Assembly (NCBI GenBank): GCA_963845185.1
Contig: CAWJRG010000005.1
Span: 288,001 to 352,000, forward strand
DNA from: an uncultured bacterium
GTDB lineage: Bacteria; Oederibacteriota; PGYV01; CAWJRG01
DNA: 64,000 nt
Reading direction: 5' to 3'
Shown piece after piece: positions 1 through 12,269 of the stretch. The notes under the pieces are model-generated. The model searched no databases, was not told the origin of the DNA, and saw nothing but the letters and a program-made list of their open reading frames with translations. The translations under genes were made by a program, and so were the position numbers. The stretch's first letter is position 1. Each line of letters begins with the position of its first letter.

Positions 1-3000
1 TTATACACGCTTATGTTCATCACATACGGGAACGGTATCGGCGTTATCGTTATTGTAACTGTCTGCGTGTTTGTATCCGTATATGTTATTGTCGCGCTCA
101 GCGTATTTGTCGCCGTATTTGTCGCAGTCATCGTTCTTGTATCTGTGTATGTTACTGTTAATGTTATTGTGTCCGTATATGTATATGTCTGCGTAAGTGT
201 GCTTGTATATGTGGACGTCGACGTTGACGTGTATGTAGGCGTATCTACAGGCGTATCTGTGCATGTTGATGTCAGCGTCACGGTGCTGGTTGAAGTCGCG
301 CTCACCGTGGACGTAAAAGTCGGAGTATCAGTAGTCGTATCAGTATATGTCGGTGTATCTGTAGTCGTGCTGCTTGGCGTCGGGCTTACAGTAGGCGTGT
401 ACGTAGGCGTATCCACAGGCGAATCTGTATATGTCGGCGTTGCCGTATCTGTCGGCGTGTCTGTATATGTGAATGTCGGCGTGTCTGTATCCGTATACGT
501 CGGCGTGTTTTGCACTGTATCTGTAAATGTCGGCGTCGCTGTGCTTGTGTATGTATCTGTCTGCGTGTATGTCAGGGTTATTGTTTTTGTCGCTGTGTAT
601 GTCGGCGTGAATGTTGCGGACAGTATCACAACCGTGAATGTCATTGTTATCGTATATGTAGGCGTCACCGTGTTTGTATATGTCGCAGTATTCGTGCTTG
701 TGTATGTCACTGTCATCGTGTACGTGGATGTCGGCGACAGCGTATTTGTATATGTCGGTGTCGACGTAGGTGTGTCCGACTGTGTATCTGTCACTGTTAT
801 TGTCCTCGTTGCCGTGTATGTCGGCGTGAATGTCGCGGACAGTATCACAACAGTAAATGTCATTGTTATTGTATATGTCGGCGACACCGTATCCGTATAT
901 GTTGCCGTATTTGTGCTTGTGTACGTCACTGTCCGTGTATACGTGGGCGTGGGTGACATCGTATCTGTGAATGTCGGCGTTGCTGTCGTCGTCACTGTCT
1001 GCGTATCTGTCAGCGTTATTGTATCTGTAGGCGTATTTGTCCTGGTTATTGTGTATGTCGGCGTATATGTCGCGGACAGTATTACAACCGTAAATGTCAT
1101 TGTTATTGTATATGTCGGCGTAACCGTATTTGTCACTGTTGGCGTCACTGTCATCGTGTCAGTGTATGTGTATGTATATGTCACTGTACGTGTGTATGTC
1201 GGCGTCGGCGACATCGTATCTGTGTATGTCGGCGTTGCCGTCGCCGTTACTGTCTGCGTGTCCGTCAGCGTTATTGTATCTGTCGGCGTATTTGTTTTGG
1301 TTATGGTGTATGTCGGCGTGATTGTCGCGGACACTATCACAACCGTGAATGTCATTGTTATTGTGTATGTCGGCGTTATCGTGGATGTGTCAGTCATTGT
1401 CACTGTGGTGGTATCTGTAAATGTATATGTATATGTTACCGTGCGGGTATATGTAGGTGTCGGTGACTGAGTATTTGTGAATGTAGGCGTCGGCGTAGGC
1501 GTGTCAGACTGCGTGAACGTAGGCGTAAATGTCCTGGTATCTGTCACTGATACTGTAATAGTCACGGTTGAAGTAAAAGTCGGCGTATCGGTCACTGTAA
1601 CAGTATTTGTGTATGTGTATGTTACTGTCTGCGTGTATGTAAAAGTATACGTCCTGGTAAATGTAACTGACACTGTGTTTGTCACGGTTAAAGTATCAGT
1701 AGGCGTAGGAGTCACTGTAATAGTATTTGTGTACGTATATGTCACTGTGCGCGTGTATGTCGGCGTCGGCGACATGGTATTTGTGAATGTCGGCGTCGGA
1801 GTCGGCGTGTCAGACTGCGTGTATGTAGGCGTATATGTCCTGGTATCTGTCACCGACACTGTATTTGTTACCGTGTAAGTAACGGTCGGTGAAGGCGTAA
1901 CTGTAATAGTATCTGTGTACGTATATGTCACTGTGCGCGTGTATGTCGGCGTCGGCGATGCGGTGTCTGTGAATGTCGGCGTCGGAGTCGGCGTCATCGT
2001 CTGAGTATAAGTCGGCGTATATGTCCTCGTGAATGTCACTGACACTGTATTTGTATTTGTCGGCGTAAACGTAATTGTATCTGTCACTGTATTAGTCCGT
2101 GTGTATGTGTATGTCACTGTCTGGGTGTATGTGGGCGTCCGCGTATAAGTAAATGTCGGGCTCGGGTTCGGCGTATTTGTGCGTGTAGGCGTGTCTGTAT
2201 ATGTCGGCGACGCGCATGTGTCATGCATAACAACCGTGGACACAGCCGAAGCAGACATACCGGGGTATGAAAGCGAGGCATTATTGTTCCAGTTGCATGT
2301 CTGCAAATGCTGGTTGTTTGTCAGCCACATCTGCCATGTATAGCATCCCGTGAATCCGCCGGGTGTCGGAACAATAGACACCGTGCTTACACCGTTATTT
2401 GTATTGACGTTTATTGTTGATATTCCTCCGGCATTTACGTTTGAATTGTTGCTCCAGTTAAACTGCCAGCCGTCCGCGTTATCGCTTGACCAGTCGTCAA
2501 TAATGGTAAAATTCTGCGTCGCCCCGCCGCTGGTGTTGCAGAACACGAGGTTGAATGTAACATTATCATTGGTAGTTGTTATTGTCGTTTTGCTGGCTGA
2601 TTTTGTCAGGGTAAATAACGGCGTGGGTGTTGGCGTGATTGTGGGTGTCGGCGATACGCATAGGACATTAAATACAACAGGGTTTGAGAATTCCGGTACC
2701 AAGCTTGTAGCTCCTATACCTCCGACATTTGTAAAGCTCTGGGCGCAGGCCGATGTGGATGCCCACCACGTGTACGAACCGCTCTGGTCGCTTATGTTGC
2801 CAAGGTTCCAGCTTACCGGGCTTGTTCCGCTTGCGCCCGGGCTTGACCCCTGATATGCCAGCCCTGAAGGTACCGTGTCATACAGCACGGCGTTTGCCGC
2901 CACCCTTGGCACTAACACCGTAAAATTATTATATTCGTCCTGTACAGTGCCGTTGCCGTCACCTGACTGGTTCCCGACTCCCGGCCTCCAGTCTGTATAT

Positions 3001-4715
3001 GTGGCTCCTGCAGCGCAGCTGTAAGGGCTGCTAGTAGCTGCTGCTCCTGCGTCTGTCCATGACACCTGGTAACCAGTTGGTTCAGGCTGGCCAATTGCCC
3101 ATATTTTTGAGTTAAATATATAGTCTGTACCGTTTGTCGTCATATATGTCTTGGTCCTGTACCATGTGTTCCCTGTTATAACAATCGCGCTTGAAGCGCC
3201 GCCATACGTGCATGCTGTCCCGCCCCCGCATCTTTGTATTGCCATATACCCGTTTGCAGGCGCAGTGTCTATTGATAAAAGCAATGAATATCCGTAGTTT
3301 GCGGTCCCTGAAAGGCCGTTATTCCTTAAAATCACCAGGCCGTCTGCACCCGGATATGTGCCCGGGTTTATAAAAACATCTGCTTCAATTACTCCGGTGC
3401 ATACCTGCACATTGGAAGGTGTCGGGTCGTCAAGTAAAAGCGCAGGATATGATGATGACTGGCCTGCTCCTGTTAAAATCCTGTCCCCTGTATTGCACGG
3501 GTCTGAAATTGTCCACGTGCCGTTGTCGGTATTATAAGGCTGGAATTTCCATCCTGCCGGCGGCGTGGTTTCAGAAGAGCCTGTGTTTGTGTCGTCAAAA
3601 GCCCTTAGTGCCTTTAGCTGGTCGCCGTTTACCTGGTAATTTAGGTAATATGTTATGGTTACCGAAGCGCTGGGCAGTTTCATGAATGTGTCCACGCTTT
3701 CAAGCTTCTGCACTGATATTGCAGCCTGCCCGACTATCAGAGTCGCTGACGCGCTGGCATTGCTGCCCCCGCTTGTTGCGTTTGCCGTATTCGGCACTGA
3801 TGTGCCTGACGCCATTGCTGTTGTCATCCTCATCAATATCCATACAGTGCCTGATTTCGTGTATGTGGAGGTCGGGAATGTCCATGTTACTGTGCCTGAC
3901 GTTGCTCCAGCACCAGGTGAACTCACGCTTCCGCTATTTATCGAGCTTGGGCCGACAGACACCAAAGCAAGACTTCCTCCGCCCGGCAGGCTGTCTGTTA
4001 TTGTGAGCGGCCCGTTGCCGTATGTATAATCCATGGAAAATAATACAAGGTCCCCTACTGACTGCAATACACCCTCTACTCTCTTATCCAAAGTTATTGA
4101 ATTCGCCGGCGGTGTAGGCAGCGGCCAGCTGAAAATCTTTGTATCCCCGTTATTTGCGCAGGCGTTTGACTGGAAACCAGCCCAGTCGCTTGAAGCCAAA
4201 TTCGCGCTTTTCATTGCCGCCATCAGGTATAAAGTCGTTGCCCCGCACGAAGTGCCCATGTCAGCTGCCTGCGGCATGGTCAGGTTAAACTGCAGGCTTT
4301 GATTGTAACCGTCAAAAGAGCCGCTATTTGCGCATGTGTCGCAGGTTAGCGGTGTCGCAGCAGGAACCGGCAACTGATAGCCCATGTTGTTGCCTGTAGT
4401 TTGCGCGTTATTCGGATTTGGGGTATGCACATCAACTCCGTTAAAGCTTACTAAAAACATTTGTCCGCCTGTATTTGCAGGCGACCAGGTCCCGCTTGTG
4501 CTTACGGCTATATCAAGTTCGTTCTGGTTGTAAGCGTCGTGGCATACATTCATGGTTACGACAAATTGCTGCCCCCAGCCCGGGTTGGCAGGATTCATCG
4601 TCATTGATAGTATTGCAGGAATGCCAGCAAAGATATAATTGCCGGATAATAAAAATATTAGTATTATTATTCCTTTTAAAATATTTACCTTTTTAAACTT
4701 TTTCAGTATTTTCAT
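1..4715 (-). CDS. Giant Thr-X-repeat secreted surface protein, paralog 1 (type B), 3'-partial
   Basis: ATG at 4715 (MKILKKFKKVNILKGIIILIFLLSGNYIFAG..., signal peptide) is in frame with ...[18 protein letters not shown] at the window edge. The head aligns by eye with 12270..17927. It is absent from the ORF track because its stop lies outside the window. Confidence 0.9.
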   Translation of the reverse strand, partial: MKILKKFKKVNILKGIIILIFLLSGNYIFAGIPAILSMTMNPANPGWGQQFVVTMNVCHDAYNQNELDIAVSTSGTWSPANTGGQMFLVSFNGVDVHTPNPNNAQTTGNNMGYQLPVPAATPLTCDTCANSGSFDGYNQSLQFNLTMPQAADMGTSCGATTLYLMAAMKSANLASSDWAGFQSNACANNGDTKIFSWPLPTPPANSITLDKRVEGVLQSVGDLVLFSMDYTYGNGPLTITDSLPGGGSLALVSVGPSSINSGSVSSPGAGATSGTVTWTFPTSTYTKSGTVWILMRMTTAMASGTSVPNTANATSGGSNASASATLIVGQAAISVQKLESVDTFMKLPSASVTITYYLNYQVNGDQLKALRAFDDTNTGSSETTPPAGWKFQPYNTDNGTWTISDPCNTGDRILTGAGQSSSYPALLLDDPTPSNVQVCTGVIEADVFINPGTYPGADGLVILRNNGLSGTANYGYSLLLSIDTAPANGYMAIQRCGGGTACTYGGASSAIVITGNTWYRTKTYMTTNGTDYIFNSKIWAIGQPEPTGYQVSWTDAGAAATSSPYSCAAGATYTDWRPGVGNQSGDGNGTVQDEYNNFTVLVPRVAANAVLYDTVPSGLAYQGSSPGASGTSPVSWNLGNISDQSGSYTWWASTSACAQSFTNVGGIGATSLVPEFSNPVVFNVLCVSPTPTITPTPTPLFTLTKSASKTTITTTNDNVTFNLVFCNTSGGATQNFTIIDDWSSDNADGWQFNWSNNSNVNAGGISTINVNTNNGVSTVSIVPTPGGFTGCYTWQMWLTNNQHLQTCNWNNNASLSYPGMSASAVSTVVMHDTCASPTYTDTPTRTNTPNPSPTFTYTRTPTYTQTVTYTYTRTNTVTDTITFTPTNTNTVSVTFTRTYTPTYTQTMTPTPTPTFTDTASPTPTYTRTVTYTYTDTITVTPSPTVTYTVTNTVSVTDTRTYTPTYTQSDTPTPTPTFTNTMSPTPTYTRTVTYTYTNTITVTPTPTDTLTVTNTVSVTFTRTYTFTYTQTVTYTYTNTVTVTDTPTFTSTVTITVSVTDTRTFTPTFTQSDTPTPTPTFTNTQSPTPTYTRTVTYTYTFTDTTTVTMTDTSTITPTYTITMTFTVVIVSATITPTYTITKTNTPTDTITLTDTQTVTATATPTYTDTMSPTPTYTRTVTYTYTYTDTMTVTPTVTNTVTPTYTITMTFTVVILSATYTPTYTITRTNTPTDTITLTDTQTVTTTATPTFTDTMSPTPTYTRTVTYTSTNTATYTDTVSPTYTITMTFTVVILSATFTPTYTATRTITVTDTQSDTPTSTPTYTNTLSPTSTYTMTVTYTSTNTATYTNTVTPTYTITMTFTVVILSATFTPTYTATKTITLTYTQTDTYTSTATPTFTDTVQNTPTYTDTDTPTFTYTDTPTDTATPTYTDSPVDTPTYTPTVSPTPSSTTTDTPTYTDTTTDTPTFTSTVSATSTSTVTLTSTCTDTPVDTPTYTSTSTSTYTSTLTQTYTYTDTITLTVTYTDTRTMTATNTATNTLSATITYTDTNTQTVTITITPIPFPYVMNISVY

Positions 4716-4762
4716 GTAAATTTGACTTCCTTGTTTTTGTTTACACGTGCAAGTACTTTGTT

Positions 4763-4790
4763 TTAGACAACGAAATCCCGTTTAAGTTTC
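4763..4790 (-). promoter_or_regulatory. ECF-sigma-type promoter GAAAC-N17-GTCTAA
   Basis: GAAACTTAAACGGGATTTCGTTGTCTAA, about 50 nt upstream of the ATG; the motif recurs at 7 loci in the window. Confidence 0.75.
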
Positions 4791-4923
4791 GGTCTTTTTT
4801 TGTAATTTTTACTAATATTTTATACAATAAATTAAAGGAAATATGCCGGTTTGGCAAAATAATATTGATATTTTATATCTTATCCCCTGTTTTTGTCAAT
4901 AATTAATTATGGTTTTATGGTAT

Positions 4924-7900
4924 TTACTGCCCCATTTTAATTATTGCTGATAATTTAACTATTTTACGCTCTTTATTGCCTGTATTATCCACGCCTTCCA
5001 CCACGCATATATATGTCCCGCTTGATACTGTCTGGCCGCCTACGCTTTTTAAATCCCAGTTTATGCTGGCAGCGCCAAGGTCGCCGACAAGCGTCCTTAC
5101 AAGCTCGCCTGCTATGTTGTAAATCTTTATTTTTATTGTGCCGTTTGCGCTTGGCTGCCATGTGAATTTCAACGGTGTTGTCGTGTCTCCTGTGTACGGG
5201 TTCGGCAGCGGCTTTACGGTCCCAAGTACGCCGGCGCTTCCTTCGTTTAATATTGTAATTGACTTGCTTATCTTTGAGTTTACGCCCTGGCTTGTCTTTA
5301 CTATAATCTGCACCTCATATACCCCGCTCTGCAGGTAATCTCCCTGCGAATTTTTTCCGTCCCATGTCAAAGGCGGATTTGACGAAGTGTAACTGATTGT
5401 TATAGGCGGCGCTCCCTTGCCCACAGGGAATACGTCATTGCTGCCGTTACTATTGCTTAAGTTAAGCGAAACCTGGCCGCTGCCGCTATATGGCGCCCTT
5501 ATTGTCTGCACAAGTTCTCCAGCGCTGTTGAAGATATTCACCTGCACGTACTGGTCTTCATTAATCGCAGTTATCTGCTTTGTTATTATTTCCGAATGGC
5601 CGTACTGGTCCGTTGTAGTTTCCTTTATATAATACACCCCGTCCGCCACGTTCTGGCCCGCGCTGTTTGTCCCGTCCCACGTGAAATCAGAGTAAGTGTT
5701 TTTCTGCTGGTCAGGCGTTTGTATGCCGGGCACCCTTATTGTCAGCGCTGTCCCTGAGCCGGGCGACACCACTCCTGTCTGGCTGCCGTTCAGCAGCAGC
5801 TGTACCTGCTGCGCCTCCTGCGATGTAGTGGTATTTGCTATCGTTTTCACCAGCTCGCCTGCCTCGTTATACACGCTTATGTTCATTATGTACGGGAACG
5901 GTACAGGCGTTATAGTTATTGTGGGCGATTGGGTGAAAGTTACCGTGAATGTTATTGACGGCGTCATGGTGCATGTCTCGGAAAATGTTACTGTAAGTGT
6001 ATTTGTGTATGAGGCGGTTACGGTATATGTCGAAGTCGCGGACGCAGAAGCAGTCGAGGTCAGTGTGCGCGTCAGCGTGTATGTGGAGCTCGGCGTGTCT
6101 GTAACGGTATATGTGCGCGTATCCGTGACAGTATATGTCGGCGACAGTGTATTTGTCACTGACGGCGTTGCTGTCAATGTCATTGTATCCGTCAATGTGG
6201 GAGTATAAGTGATTGTGTCTGAAGGCGTGGCTGTATCAGTGATTGTGCGCGTCGCTGTTAATGTCATTGTATCAGTGAGCGTAGGTGTATAGGTGTAAGT
6301 ACAGGTGGGCGACAGCGTGTTTGTCACCGTAGGTGTGGCTGTGAACGTGCTCGTTTCGGTAAATGTCGCCGTATCTGTGCGTGTATACGTCACTGTCAGC
6401 GTGTCGGTCTGTGTCGCTGTTATTGTACCTGTATCTGACGGCGTTATCGTGTTTGACGCTGTGGGTGTGTCCGTAAAAGTGCTGGTCTGCGTGAATGTTG
6501 GCGTAAATGTGGCTGTATCTGTAGGCGACAATGTATTTGTGACGGTCGGTGTATTTGTAAATGTGCTCGTTGCCGTGAAGGTGGATGTATCCGTCTTGGT
6601 ATTTGTTAGTGTGCTGGTTTGGGTAAATGTCGAAGTGAATGTCGGTATAAAAGGCGTGCCCGTCACTGTAGCCGTATCTGTCTGTGTAAATGTCAAAGTC
6701 ACTGTCGGTGTGTTTGTCGGGGTGCCCGTTGGTGTGGCCGTAGGAGAGGCCGTCGCTGTGGACGTATAGGTTTTAGTAAGCGTTGCTGTGTATGTGGGCG
6801 TCCACGTGGGCGTATTTGTCGGTGTATCCGTAAGCGTAGGGTTTGGCACTGTATTTGTCAGCGTCGGCGTTGATGTGACTGTGTACGTGTACGTAGGCGT
6901 TTGTGTGCTTGTATAAGTATCGGTCACCGTGTACGTGCTTGTCGGCGTAGGCGAGTTTGTATATGTCGGCGTTGCCGTATATATCGGCGTATTGGTGGCT
7001 GATTTTATTATCTGCGTGAATGTCATTGTTATCGTGTATGTCGGCGTTATTGTGCTTGTCGCCGTCTGCGTCACCGTGAATGTATTTGTATTTGTGGATG
7101 TATATGTCACTGTCTGTGTATACGTGGGCGTCGGCGACGCTGTAACTGTATATGTAGGCGTTGCAGTCGGCGTGGATGTTTTTGTGTCCGTATTTGTCAC
7201 CGTGTTTGTGTCGGTTAATGTCGGCGTTATCGTATATGTCGGAGTATCGGTGGCAGATTTTATTATCTGCGTGAATGTCATTGTTATCGTGTATGTCGGC
7301 GTTATTGTGCTTGTCGCTGTCTGCGTCACCGTCATCGTGTCGGTAAATGTGAATGTATATGTAACTGTCTGTGTATACGTGGGCGTCGGCGATGCTGTAA
7401 CTGTATATGTAGGTGTTGCAGTCGGCGTGGATGTTTTTGTGTCCGTATTTGTCACCGTGTTTGTGTCGGTTAATGTCGGCGTTATCGTATATGTCGGAGT
7501 ATCGGTGGCAGATTTTATTATCTGCGTGAATGTCATTGTTATTGTGTATGTCGGCGTTATCGTGTTTGTCGCTGTCTGCGTCACCGTCATCGTGTCGGTA
7601 AATGTGAATGTATATGTAACTGTCTGTGTATATGTAGGCGTCGGCGTCGCTGTAACTGTATATGTAGGCGTCGATGTCGGCGTGTCCGTCAGCGTGAATG
7701 TCGGCGTTATTGTCTTTGTGAATGTTGCGGATACTGTATTTGTCAGTGTTGAAGTGTAAGTCGTCGTTGCCGTGATTGTATCGGTAAATGTGAATGTATA
7801 CGTCACCGTCTGGGTATATGTGGGCGTAGGCGATGCTGTAATTGTAAACGTCGGCGTATTTGTAGGAGTGGATGTTTTTGTGTCCGTATTTGTCACTGTA

Positions 7901-10900
7901 TAAGTATCGGTTATTGTCGGTGTTATCGTGTATGTCGGTGTAAATGTTGCTGATAAAGTCACCGGAGTGTACGACATTGTTATTGTATATGTCGGTGTTA
8001 TTGTATCTGTATATGTAGCTGTTACTGTCCTCGTGGCAGTGTATGTGAATGTATAAGTCACTGTCTGCGTGTATGTCGGTGTCGGCGATGCTGTAACTGT
8101 ATATGTCGGTGTCGTAGTAGGTGTGTCAGTCAGCGTAAATGTCGGCGTATACGTCTTTGTAAAAGTCACGGACACTGTAATTGTCACTGTTGAAGTATAA
8201 GTCGGCGTCGCTGTCACTGTAAGTATCTGTTTTTGTGTATGTGTATGTTGGCGAAGGCGTGTCTGTCAGCGTTATCGTAGGCGTATTCGTGAGCGTCGGC
8301 GGGTTTTGCGGCGTATTTGTCGCTGTCGTAGTGTTCGTAAATGTATATGTCACTGTCATCGTGTACGTATCTGTCGGCGACAGGGTGTTTGTGTATGTCG
8401 GCGAGCTGGTAGGCGTTGCTGACTGCGTGTCTGTTAATGTAATTGTCAGTGTTATTGTGTACGTTGGTGTAAATGTAGCTGATATTATAAACGGCGTGAA
8501 TGTAAGCGTTATTGTATATGTCGGCGTTGTTGTTTTTGTAGGCGTTGCCGTATTTGTGCTTGTATATGTCACTGTCTGCGTATACGTGGGCGTTGGCGAT
8601 TGCGTGTTTGTGTAAGTGGAGGTTGCCGTAGACGTCGGCGTGTTCGTGCGCGTCACGGTAATGGTTGGTGTTATTGTATATGACGGCGTAAATGTGGCTG
8701 ACAAAGTTATCGGAGTGTATGACATTGTTATAGTATATGTCGGCGTCTGTGACCTTGTCGGCGTAGCAGTGAATGTGAACGTATATGTCACTGTCTGGGT
8801 GTACGTAGGCGTTGGCGATGCCGTGATTGTATATGTCGGCGTCGCTGTCGGCGTGTCTGTCAGCGTGTATGTAAATGTTATTGTCCTGGTAAATGTCATT
8901 GACACAGTATTTGTCAGGGTCGGGGTATCAGTCCGCGTTGCCGTGGATGTGTCCGTATTTGTATATGTATATGTCACTGTTTGCGTGTATGTAGGCGTCG
9001 GCGATGCCGTATTTGTGTATGTCGGCGTTGCTGTCGGCGTGTCCGTCAGCGTATATGTGGACGTTATTGTCTTAGTGAATGTCACTGATACTGTATTTGT
9101 CTGGGTCGGAGTATCAGTCTCCGTAGAAGTCTTTGTGGCAGTAAATGTATATGTATATGTCACTGTCTGGGTGTATGTTGGTGTCGGCGATGCTGTGTTT
9201 GTGTTCGTCGGCGTTACAGTCGGCGTGTCGGTCAGCGTGTATGTAGGCGTTATTGTCCTGGTAAATGTAACAGTAACCGTGTTTGTCACAGTTGGAGTAT
9301 CAGTCAGCGTAGAAGTCCTTGTTGCAGTATTTGTGAATGTGTATGTCTGCGTCTGCGTGTATGTAGGTGTCATGGTGCGTGTGGCAGTGTATGTCGGCGT
9401 CCGCGTATATGTGTAAGTCGGCGTGAATGTAGGCGTCTGCGCCGCGCACTGGTCCTGCAAAAGTACCGTTGATACAACCGAGGGTACTCCATTAAAAGCC
9501 ACTGAAGCGTTATTATGCCAGTTGCATGTGTTATTTGACTGCGCGTTTCCTATAAACATCTGGAATGTAAAGCATCCTGAAAATCCCGTAGGTGTCGGCA
9601 CAAATATAAATTGAGTCCATCCGGCACTCGGAGTCCCGACATTGGCAGTTACGGAATATAATCCCGGCCCAGCCGGGCTGGTGTAATAAGGGTTCATATA
9701 TTGCCACTGGTCAGCAGAACCGCTCGACCAGTCGTCATAAACAGTAAAATTCTGCGTCACAGCGCCGCTGTTGTTGCATATTACCAGGTTAAATGTAAGC
9801 TGGTCGGTGTGGACGATGTTAGTCGTTTTACTGGATGTTTTTACCAGCGTAAATGCCGGCGTGGATGTCGGTGAAACCGTAGGTGTAGGCGACGTGCACA
9901 GCACGTTGAATACTGTCTGGTTTGAAAATACCGCTGCAGGGCTTCCTGCGCCTGAACCTGCAATACCTGCGACATTTGTAAAACTCTGGTTGCACGCATT
10001 TGTCGTGGCCCACCAAGTGTATGAACCGCTCTGGTCGCTTATATTACCAAGGCTCCACTCTACCATGGGGCTTGTGGTGCCTGCGCCGGGATTTGACCCT
10101 GAGTATGTCAACCCTGTAGGTACCGTATCATACAATGTAGTATTTGCCGATACCCTCACGTTGTATGTCAGGAAATTATTATATGAGTCCTGCGTTGTGC
10201 CGTCCTGGTCGTTTCCCTGCTCGGCTATGCCCGGCCTCCAGTCAGAGTTGGTGCCGCCATGGTCAGGGCATTCCCAGTTCGGGTCTGTGCTTGATGCGCT
10301 GCTGTCTGTATAGGTTAGCTGGTATCCGGTAGGCTCTGCCTGTCCCACCTGCCATACCTTTGCCTGGAAAGTAAATCCGTTTCCGCTTATAAGTATTTTT
10401 ACCCTGTACCATGTATTGCCTGTTATCACAAGTGTTGCAGGGTCAACAAAAGCAGGCCATGAGCAGGCTCCGCCGCCGCATTTTTGTATGCCAACATACC
10501 CGCCCGCAGGCGCAGTATCTATTGACAAAAGCAAAGAGTACGCGTAACCCGCGGCCCCATTCAGGCCGTTGCTTCGGATTATTATAAGAGCGTCCGCGCC
10601 TACGTAAGCGCCAGGATTAATCATAACATCGGATTCTATGATTCCGGAATCGCACATCTGCACATTCGCAGGCGTCGGGTCGTCCAGAAGTAGGTCAGGA
10701 TACACTTTGGCTCCGGTCACGCTTGCTGTTACTATCCTGTCGCCTGTATTGCACGCGTCGCTTATTGTCCATGTGCCATACTGGCCGCTACCGTTGCCGT
10801 CAGGCTGAGCTTTCCAGCCAGGCGGCGTTGAGCCCGGAGGATTATATGCCTGGTTTGGATTGTCGTCAAACATCCTTATTGCCTTTAACACATCCCCGTT

Positions 10901-11950
10901 TATCTGGTAATTAAGATAATATGTTATTGCCACTGTGGCGCTCGGCAGTTTCATAAATGTATTAACGCTTTGTGATTTCTCCAACGACAGGGCAACTGTG
11001 CCCACTGTAAGGGATGTCGTGGATGAGCTGTTGCTTGAGCCGTTTGTGCCTGTGGCTGTATTGTTTATCACTGTGCCTGTCGCTATCGCGCACGTCATCT
11101 GCAAAAGTATCCATACTGTCCCGCTTTTGGTATAAGTCGTGCTCGGCAAAGTCCATGATACCGTGCCTGACGTTGCGCCTATAGCTGGCGCTGATACGCT
11201 GCCTCCTGAGGGCGCCGGGTTCGGGCCGTAATCAACAAGCGCCAGGCAGCTGTTCGGAATCGGGTCGGTTATTACCGCAGAGCCGTCGCCGTATGTGTAA
11301 TCAACTTCATAAAGAACCTTATCCCCGACAAGCGCCAGCGTGCCCTCAACCCTCTTATGCACGCTTACTGCGGGTGTCGACGGCGCTGGCAATGGCCAGC
11401 TTAAAGCCTTGTAGCAGGACGCTGACAGCGCGCCCCAGTCGCTTGAGCCCATATTATTGTTTCTGCCGCCCACAAGCAGGTTTAATGTTGTCGCCCCGCA
11501 GCCCGCAGCTCCCATGTCCGTTGCGTTCGGCATTGTCAGAGTATATTGCGCATTTTCCTGCATGCCTGTGCCGCCCGAACATTCAGTGCAATTCGGCATA
11601 AAATTGCCTGGTTGCGGAATAACTACTCCTATATCTCCAGTGCTCGGGTTTGCAGTATGGACATCAACTCCTGCCACGCTCACCAAAAATATCTGTCCGC
11701 CTGTATTTGCCACACGTACTGTATTTTGTGTGCTTACGGCTATGGCATAATCAAAACTGTTATACTGGTCCACGCAATATGAAATAGTAACGTCGAATTG
11801 CTGTCCCCAGCCGGGATTTGTTGGATTCATGCTTACGGAAATTATTCCGTCTGCTTGTATTAAGGAAGGTATTATTAGGAATGATAATATGATAAGGCAT
11901 AAACTGGTGTTTTTAACTGCTTTAGGCGTCTTGTTCAAGATCGTTTTCAT
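4924..11950 (-). pseudogene. Giant Thr-X-repeat secreted protein, paralog 2 (type A), split by a 2-bp deletion at about 8222 (about 2342 aa if restored; may be an assembly error)
   Basis: ORF 8126..11950 (signal peptide, head, start of stalk) and ORF 4924..8217 (rest of stalk, FlgD-Ig/CTD) join into one gene colinear with paralog 4. The junction reads ctgtaa|gtatctgt where a sister repeat at about 1901 reads ctgtaatagtatctgt. Confidence 0.85.
7001..7765. repeat. 255-bp (85-aa) coding tandem repeat, about 3 units
   Basis: gattttattatctgcgtgaatgtcattgtt occurs at 7001, 7256 and 7511. Confidence 0.85.
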
Positions 11951-11990
11951 ATTTCATCGCCGCCTTTCAAATCCTTTCTTTTCTATACTA

Positions 11991-12018
11991 TTAGACAATA
12001 TTAAATAGAAAAAGTTTC
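11991..12018 (-). promoter_or_regulatory. ECF-sigma-type promoter GAAAC-N17-GTCTAA
   Basis: ttagac 11991-11996, 17 nt, gtttc 12014-12018 on the plus strand. Confidence 0.75.
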
Positions 12019-12075
12019 GCAAAAAACAGGCAATTCGTTTTATCTTGCGAAATTATTTCTTTTTACCCATATATA

Positions 12076-12104
12076 ATTATACAAAATAAAATACTTTGCG
12101 TCAA
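12076..12104 (-). promoter_or_regulatory. Sigma70-type promoter TTGACG-N17-TATAAT
   Basis: Near-consensus boxes, conserved at 30963-30991 in front of the other type A paralog. Confidence 0.65.
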
Positions 12105-12188
12105 GTTTTTATGTATATAAAATGATATTATTATTCGCAGAATTTAACAAGCCAACCATTAACTTATATTGATTCATTCTATATAAAC

Positions 12189-12216
12189 AAAAAGGCGGGA
12201 TTTTGGCCCGCCTTTT
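12189..12216 (-). terminator. Intrinsic terminator after paralog 3
   Basis: AAAAAGGCGGG-attttgg-CCCGCCTTTT hairpin with A/T tails. Confidence 0.75.
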
Positions 12217-12269
12217 CTATATTATAATGCTTGACTATATTTATATTTACTCTTGCTGTTTAATTATCT

